Positions 15,523 through 20,000 of a DNA stretch of 20,000 nt are shown here, piece after piece. This DNA comes from an uncultured virus (IMG/VR IMGVR_UViG_3300009788_000010) (lineage: Duplodnaviria; Heunggongvirae; Uroviricota; Caudoviricetes), in IMG/VR virus record IMGVR_UViG_3300009788_000010. The stretch is one strand, 5' to 3'. The first letter of the stretch is position 1; each line of letters starts with the position of its first letter. The position numbers were made by a program, and so were the translations under genes. The notes beneath the pieces were generated by a model that saw only the letters and a list, made by a program, of their open reading frames with translations, made no database searches and was not told the origin of the DNA.

Positions 15523-16602
15523 TCACATCGCCGACGCTGCCGCCGCGCGCGTGCGGGCGGAAGCGGTCTGCGTGACAAAGTGCTCCGAGCGAAGCACGAA
15601 ATAGTCGCGCGTATCGGCGTCCAAGCCTGTCCATTCCAGCAAGCCTTCCAGCGTGTAGTTCGTGGGCGCCACTTCCGCGACGCACTTCTCAAAGAGCGCC
15701 ATCAGCAGCTTGACCCAATTAACAACCTTCGTCTCGTTGACCGTGCCGGCGTGATGCCGGAACTCGATCGTGCCGTGCCGCATGAACGACTGCACGTTGA
15801 CTTTGACGAAGCGGTTCGTGAGCCGCTGCCGCAGCCCGGAAATCGTGTCCACGCCGGCGAGCCGGCTTTCAAGGTTGGAACCCGCTCCGCGGCAGTAGGT
15901 GTTCTCGCTTCCGCGGCGGCTGCGGGGCATAAAACCGTCGATCGTCCTCTCGTACTTCGCGTACTCGACCACAATCCGCTTGAAGGCGGCGGCGCTGATG
16001 TCGCGCGCTCCGATGTGGACATGGATTCCGCAGGAGCGGTTGACTTGCGCTCCCGCGTCTTCGAGAGCGCGGAGCGCCTTCGCCAACTCCAGCATACCGG
16101 CGTCGCCGCTAAGGATGGGCGACACGACTTCGCACGAACCGCCCGCTCCGCTTACGCTTGAGTCCGTCACGACCTTCCAGTGGTTCCGCTGCCGGTGGTT
16201 GTAGCCTTCATAAATGGCTTGGACGCCGGCGGTCGAGAGAACGTCGGCGGCACGCTGCCCGCGCATCCCGACGATTTCGATCTCGACGCCGAACGTACGG
16301 CCCTGCCGTGCGCGCGCGGTCGCGGCGCGGGCCGTTGCCCGCCGCACCCTCGCCCGCGCCGGCTGCGCGATGCCGTGGCAAGTCATTGCCGCGGCTGCGC
16401 CGACGCCCATAAGCTGGATGCGCCAAACCGCACGACATTGCGTGCACGTGCGGCGGCTGCGGCCGTGCTGGTACTGAACGTAGAGCGGGTATCCGCAGGA
16501 GCAGCGAAGCCGGAATGAATTCTGAGCGTGGCCTTCGCGCGCGATCAAAGTCGCTTCGCGCTGCGTCCCATGCGGGGGAGCGGAAGCGGTTCCAGTCGGC
16601 AT
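15523..16602 (-). CDS. Amidoligase family (COOH-NH2 ligase) with N-terminal zinc ribbon
   Basis: TFGVEIE, WKVVTDSSV, EVVSPIL, NRSCGIHVHIG, HGTIEFRHHAGT; ATG at 16602 with RBS GGGAGG; N-terminal CSC...CTQC. Confidence 0.9.
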   Translation of the reverse strand: MPTGTASAPPHGTQREATLIAREGHAQNSFRLRCSCGYPLYVQYQHGRSRRTCTQCRAVWRIQLMGVGAAAAMTCHGIAQPARARVRRATARAATARARQGRTFGVEIEIVGMRGQRAADVLSTAGVQAIYEGYNHRQRNHWKVVTDSSVSGAGGSCEVVSPILSGDAGMLELAKALRALEDAGAQVNRSCGIHVHIGARDISAAAFKRIVVEYAKYERTIDGFMPRSRRGSENTYCRGAGSNLESRLAGVDTISGLRQRLTNRFVKVNVQSFMRHGTIEFRHHAGTVNETKVVNWVKLLMALFEKCVAEVAPTNYTLEGLLEWTGLDADTRDYFVLRSEHFVTQTASARTRAAAASAM

Positions 16603-16627
16603 TCTCTTTCCTCCCAAACGACAATGG

Positions 16628-16988
16628 AAGCATACCCCACTTATCGGCGCGCCGACACCCTTAGTTGAGAAAAAAATGCGCGCTGGGAGAAAAAAGTTGG
16701 GGCCCCAGAACGCGCTGTGCGGCCTTTTCTCCGGCTCCCGGATGGCAGCGCCAAGGCCTTGAGGAGAAGTCGCGGCACAGGCCGTCCTTGGATTGGGCCA
16801 CTTCCCCTTTGGATCCAAATACTTGGGGCCGGAGTTGCGAGTACGTCCAGCGCGGCGCGCTGTGGGGGCGCCTCTTGGGCCGCGCGGGCGCCCCGCTGGG
16901 GCTCCGCGCGACGCGGCTGCGCCCCCAACTTTTTTCCAAAAAAAAGGCTAAGTTTTGGGTGGCGAAAGGCCGATATTGGGGTATGCTT
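16628..16988. promoter_or_regulatory. Mirror-symmetric divergent promoters
   Basis: TGGGGTATGCTT on both strands (16628-16639 minus, 16977-16988 plus); CCCCAACTTTTTTC on both strands (16689-16702 minus, 16923-16936 plus). Confidence 0.7.
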
Positions 16989-16993
16989 AAGAC

Positions 16994-17545
16994 ATGGCAA
17001 GGGAGAAAAAAGATGGGACGCGCAGCGGCGATGTTGACCTTCGGCGGCGTGATGATTTGGGGGCTGTGGGCGGCGGCGTCGGGACTAGGACTGTAGTGGA
17101 GGGCGTGATGTCAGCCAACATTCTCAAGAACGGAAACGCGGCGGACTGGGAAAGCAAGGTCCGCGCGGAAGCGACGAGCCGCAGCAAACCGGCCGGCGCG
17201 AAGTGCGGCCACTGCGGGTCCACGCAAGTGGACGCCGCCAAGCACCCGCCGAACGAGCCCGCGACGCGGGTGTGGTGCGCGATCTGCGGCGAGCCGACCG
17301 ACTTGGACGGCGGCGAGCGGGGCGACGAGACGGAGATCACCAGCGAAGGTCTCCGAGCCTTGATGGCGGAAGACGAAGAACGAAAACGCGATCGGCTGCG
17401 CGAACGGATTGAAACGCTGGAATGGGAGATCGCAGAATTGGAGCGCGGGCCGGAGAATGCGCGTTCCGACTTTCAGCTTCGCGACAAAGATAACCGGCTT
17501 CGCCGCTTGCGGGCGAGGCTAACGCGAGAGGGGACAGGACAATGA
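16994..17545 (+). CDS. Zinc-ribbon / coiled-coil protein
   Basis: CGHC...CAIC and a C-terminal coiled coil; start either 16994 (leaderless) or 17108 (RBS GGAGG). Confidence 0.7.
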   Translation: MAREKKDGTRSGDVDLRRRDDLGAVGGGVGTRTVVEGVMSANILKNGNAADWESKVRAEATSRSKPAGAKCGHCGSTQVDAAKHPPNEPATRVWCAICGEPTDLDGGERGDETEITSEGLRALMAEDEERKRDRLRERIETLEWEIAELERGPENARSDFQLRDKDNRLRRLRARLTREGTGQ

Positions 17546-17673
17546 CCGAGATTCACATCGAGGAGCCGCAGCCGCGGCCGGAGCCGACGCCGGTACTGAT
17601 CGTTCGCGAGCCGCTGCCGGAGGAGGACATCTACCTCTTCATGATGGAGACGGCCGAGCGCCGCCCGCGCTAG
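17542..17673 (+). CDS. 43-aa acidic/Pro-rich peptide
   Basis: Not in ORF track. ATGA overlap; MTEIHIEEPQPRPEPTPVLIVREPLPEEDIYLFMMETAERRPR. Confidence 0.5.
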   Translation: MTEIHIEEPQPRPEPTPVLIVREPLPEEDIYLFMMETAERRPR

Positions 17674-17760
17674 TCGGCGGGATTGGGAGTTCGCGCCGTC
17701 GGGGGCGACGCGAACCGCTAATCCCGCGGGCGGACGCCCGCACTTGAGGAGGATGAGACA

Positions 17761-18171
17761 ATGGCACGAATCGACCGCGCACTTCTGAAGGCGATGCGGC
17801 CCGAGCTGGACCGCGCCGTCGCGGAGATCGCCGAGCGCCACGGCGTGAAGATCAAGGTCGCGAAGGGCGTCTACGGCGACACGACCGGCAAGTTCACGCT
17901 CGAGATCGCGGCCGTCGACAAGGACGGCACGGTGCACACGCGCGAGGCTTTCAACTTCGAGAACATGTGCTACCGCTTCGGGCTCGCCCGCTCCGATCTC
18001 GGACGCGAGTTCAAGAGCGCCGGCGTCACGTTCGTCGTCAAGGGGCTGAAAGGGCAGGGCCGTGCGCGCAAGCCGATCCTCTGCGAGCGGAAGCGGGACG
18101 GGAAGATGTTCGTGTTCGGCGCGGACGCGATCCGCTACGCGTTCGCCGCGGACGCGCGGGCGCCGCGATGA
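17761..18171 (+). CDS. Conserved-looking phage hypothetical protein
   Basis: RBS GAGGAGG; 136 aa, globular composition. Confidence 0.8.
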   Translation: MARIDRALLKAMRPELDRAVAEIAERHGVKIKVAKGVYGDTTGKFTLEIAAVDKDGTVHTREAFNFENMCYRFGLARSDLGREFKSAGVTFVVKGLKGQGRARKPILCERKRDGKMFVFGADAIRYAFAADARAPR

Positions 18172-18548
18172 GGGCCTACACGTGCGTGTCCAACCTCCAA
18201 TGGGTGCACGACGTCGCGGGCAGCCGCCCCGGCGTGAGCTACGACGTCCGATTCGGCGCGCTTGAAGAAGGCGAGGCCACGCGGCAGGGCCGCAAGAGCG
18301 GTTGGACGTGCTCCTGCCCCGCGTTCCGCTACCGCAAGGGGCGCGCGGAAATGGGCCAGGATCCGGGCGAATGCAAACACATCCGCGTGCTGCGCGAACG
18401 GCGCTGTGGTTGGAACGTCGCGCTCGACCCCAGCGCCACGGCGGCGGTCGCGCGCAGCGGCGAGCCCCGCTGCCCGCGCTGCGGCGAGGTCGTCGCGCTC
18501 GTCTCCACGGACGCCGGCGGGCTCCGCGAGGTCCTGATTGGCCTTTGA
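18168..18548 (+). CDS. SWIM zinc-finger protein
   Basis: WTCSCPAF...CKHI and C-terminal CPRCG; ATGA overlap. Confidence 0.8.
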   Translation: MRAYTCVSNLQWVHDVAGSRPGVSYDVRFGALEEGEATRQGRKSGWTCSCPAFRYRKGRAEMGQDPGECKHIRVLRERRCGWNVALDPSATAAVARSGEPRCPRCGEVVALVSTDAGGLREVLIGL

Positions 18549-18625
18549 ATCCAACCGTTTGAGGCGAGGTTGGGCGGGGCTGGCGCGCACGCGCTAGTCT
18601 CCGCTCGCTTTGGGAAGGAGCATTG

Positions 18626-18700
18626 ATGAGCGATAGCGAGAAGCTACTACTAACGGCAATCGGGCTCGGCATGGTGGCGCTGTTGATCCGCATCCTGTGA
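18626..18700 (+). CDS. 24-aa hydrophobic peptide
   Basis: Not in ORF track. RBS GGAAGGAG; MSDSEKLLLTAIGLGMVALLIRIL; stop overlaps the next GTG (GTGA). Confidence 0.55.
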   Translation: MSDSEKLLLTAIGLGMVALLIRIL

Positions 18701-19491
18701 GGCGGCGAAAGGCTGCCAAGGTCGTCGCGAAGGTCGTGGGCAAGGTCCGCGCGAGGAAGAAGTCGGGCGGGCGCCGCGTCTTGAAGAAGACGAAGCGATC
18801 CGCGGCGCCGCCCGCGCCTGATCTGCCGCCGCCGGGCGCGATGAAGGCTGTGAACGAGTTTTTGGACGCACTCCGCGACGATCTGACGGGCGCAGCCCGC
18901 CGCATCTACCTCGAGCGGCGTCACGTCGAGATCTTCGGGACGTCGCTGCCGGAGGCCGCCGACCAGGATTTGGTCGAGAAGAGGATCGCGTACGAGTTGC
19001 AGTGGCTCGGCTTCAAGAAGGCGGGCTGCCTCGAGATGTTGTCGGAACGGTTCAAGGAAAACAGGCTGGCGTCCACTCTTCTGGAGTTGGACGCGTATCC
19101 TCCCGGGCTGCTCCGCGACTGCATGACAGTGAGACGAAACGCAAAGGACAAGAGGAACGAAGACATGGCAAAGCGAAAGGGCAAGGGCGCGTCCAAGTCG
19201 GGCGCGCCGAGGAAGACGACCGGCGCGTTCATGAAGGAGTACATCGATCGCGTCGGAATCGACGGCGTGGACGCGGACAAGTGCGAGGCCGCTGTCCGCA
19301 AGGCTTTCCCGGACGGCCGCTTCTCGCGGGGCCAGGTCAGCTGGTACAAGACCGCCTACAAGAACGGCGAACTGCCGGGGCAGACGCCCAAGAAGAAGAC
19401 CTCGGGCCGCAAGAAGGCCGGCGCGAAGAAGAAGGCCGGCGCGAAGAAGGCCGGCCGGAAGAAGATGCGCCGCAAGAAGAAGTCCGCCTAG
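18697..19491 (+). CDS. Basic DNA-binding protein with histone H1-like tail
   Basis: C-terminal KKAGAKKKAGAKKAGRKKMRRKKK; possible internal start at 19165 (RBS GAGG). Confidence 0.75.
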   Translation: MRRRKAAKVVAKVVGKVRARKKSGGRRVLKKTKRSAAPPAPDLPPPGAMKAVNEFLDALRDDLTGAARRIYLERRHVEIFGTSLPEAADQDLVEKRIAYELQWLGFKKAGCLEMLSERFKENRLASTLLELDAYPPGLLRDCMTVRRNAKDKRNEDMAKRKGKGASKSGAPRKTTGAFMKEYIDRVGIDGVDADKCEAAVRKAFPDGRFSRGQVSWYKTAYKNGELPGQTPKKKTSGRKKAGAKKKAGAKKAGRKKMRRKKKSA

Positions 19492-19520
19492 CGATCCTCC
19501 CCCCCTCGCTGGCGCGGCAC

Positions 19521-19560
19521 GGGGCCGGTCCGACACTTTCGCGGGCCGGCCCCTTTCGTT
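19521..19560 (+). terminator. Intrinsic terminator-like hairpin
   Basis: GGGGCCGGTCCG...CGGGCCGGCCCC followed by TTTCGTT. Confidence 0.65.
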
Positions 19561-19571
19561 ATGCTGCCCTC

Positions 19572-20000
19572 ATGAAGAAGATGCCCGTCATTCTGATCGA
19601 CACCCGCGAGCAGACGCCGCTACCGTTCGTCACGAGCCGCGGCGTCCGGATCAAACGGGTGACGCTCAAGGTCGGCGACTACAGCTTGCAAGGCCACAGC
19701 ACCCGCGGCGTCGTGATCGAACGGAAGTCGCTCGCGGATTTCTTCAGCAGCTTCGCGGGCAGGCACCGACCCGCGATGATGCGGAAGCTGGAAAGGATGG
19801 GCGCGTTCCACTCCGCCATGCTGCTCGTGGAGGCGGACGTCGACGAGGTGCTGAACGGCTCGCGCTTCCTCGAGGTGAGCGGCCCTTCGCTGTTCGGCTC
19901 CGTCGTGGGCGCGTGCGTCGACGCCGGCGTCCAGGCGCTGTTCGTCCACGACCGCGACGCCGCCGCGGTGGCCGCTCACCGCTTTCTGGCCAACTACCTC
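19572..20000 (+). CDS. ERCC4-domain nuclease (partial)
   Basis: Not in ORF track. MKKMPVILIDTREQ...LKVGDYSL...VIERKSLADF...LLVE, the XPF/ERCC4 motifs; open to the window end. Confidence 0.9.
   Translation, partial: MKKMPVILIDTREQTPLPFVTSRGVRIKRVTLKVGDYSLQGHSTRGVVIERKSLADFFSSFAGRHRPAMMRKLERMGAFHSAMLLVEADVDEVLNGSRFLEVSGPSLFGSVVGACVDAGVQALFVHDRDAAAVAAHRFLANYL

Noticed and set aside
19362..19376. Self-target for block 3 (aac ggc gaa ctg ccg matches AA.GG.GA.CT.CC)
   Set aside because: Only five consecutive dinucleotides match and the flanks mismatch, which is compatible with chance. I could not search the window exhaustively.
17473..19536. 687-aa minus-strand ORF
   Set aside because: Shadow of well-supported plus-strand genes; low-complexity Arg/Ala/Leu composition.
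1..20000. tRNA, integrase, transposase, large terminase
   Set aside because: No supporting motifs seen, so free phage versus prophage cannot be decided from this window.

Overview
GC-rich fragment of a tailed phage or prophage; two PEP-CTERM-tailed genes suggest a diderm host with an exosortase. Positions 1-16602 are almost entirely minus-strand genes coupled by ATGA/GTGA overlaps, and 16994-20000 are plus-strand genes. A mirror-symmetric divergent promoter region separates the two arms. Recognisable genes: terminase small subunit, two paralogous virion-like beta-rich proteins, two PEP-CTERM proteins without signal peptides, a PRTase, a gamma-glutamylcyclotransferase plus amidoligase pair, a SWIM zinc finger, a histone-H1-like protein and an ERCC4 nuclease. 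Main finding: a stand-alone 178-aa RAMP/Cas7-like gene (10110-10646) followed directly by a non-coding array of about 51 GGY-NN pentamers in three blocks (9821-10104). This matches my unverified recollection of VIPR-type RNA-guided systems. Read as NN-x-NN-x, two blocks are compatible with integrase-like ([ED][FL]L[ED]RWL[ED][ED]Y) and excisionase-like (Y[QH]L[MI]A[KN]G[ED]LP) coding sequence, suggesting rival mobile elements as targets. Also present: a complete type II hammerhead ribozyme (15108-15193), a candidate antisense hairpin against the amidoligase ribosome-binding site, an ori-like AT-rich region, and a 2.1-kb non-coding region with 10-bp-phased repeats upstream of terS. All family calls are from motif recognition by eye; no searches were run.
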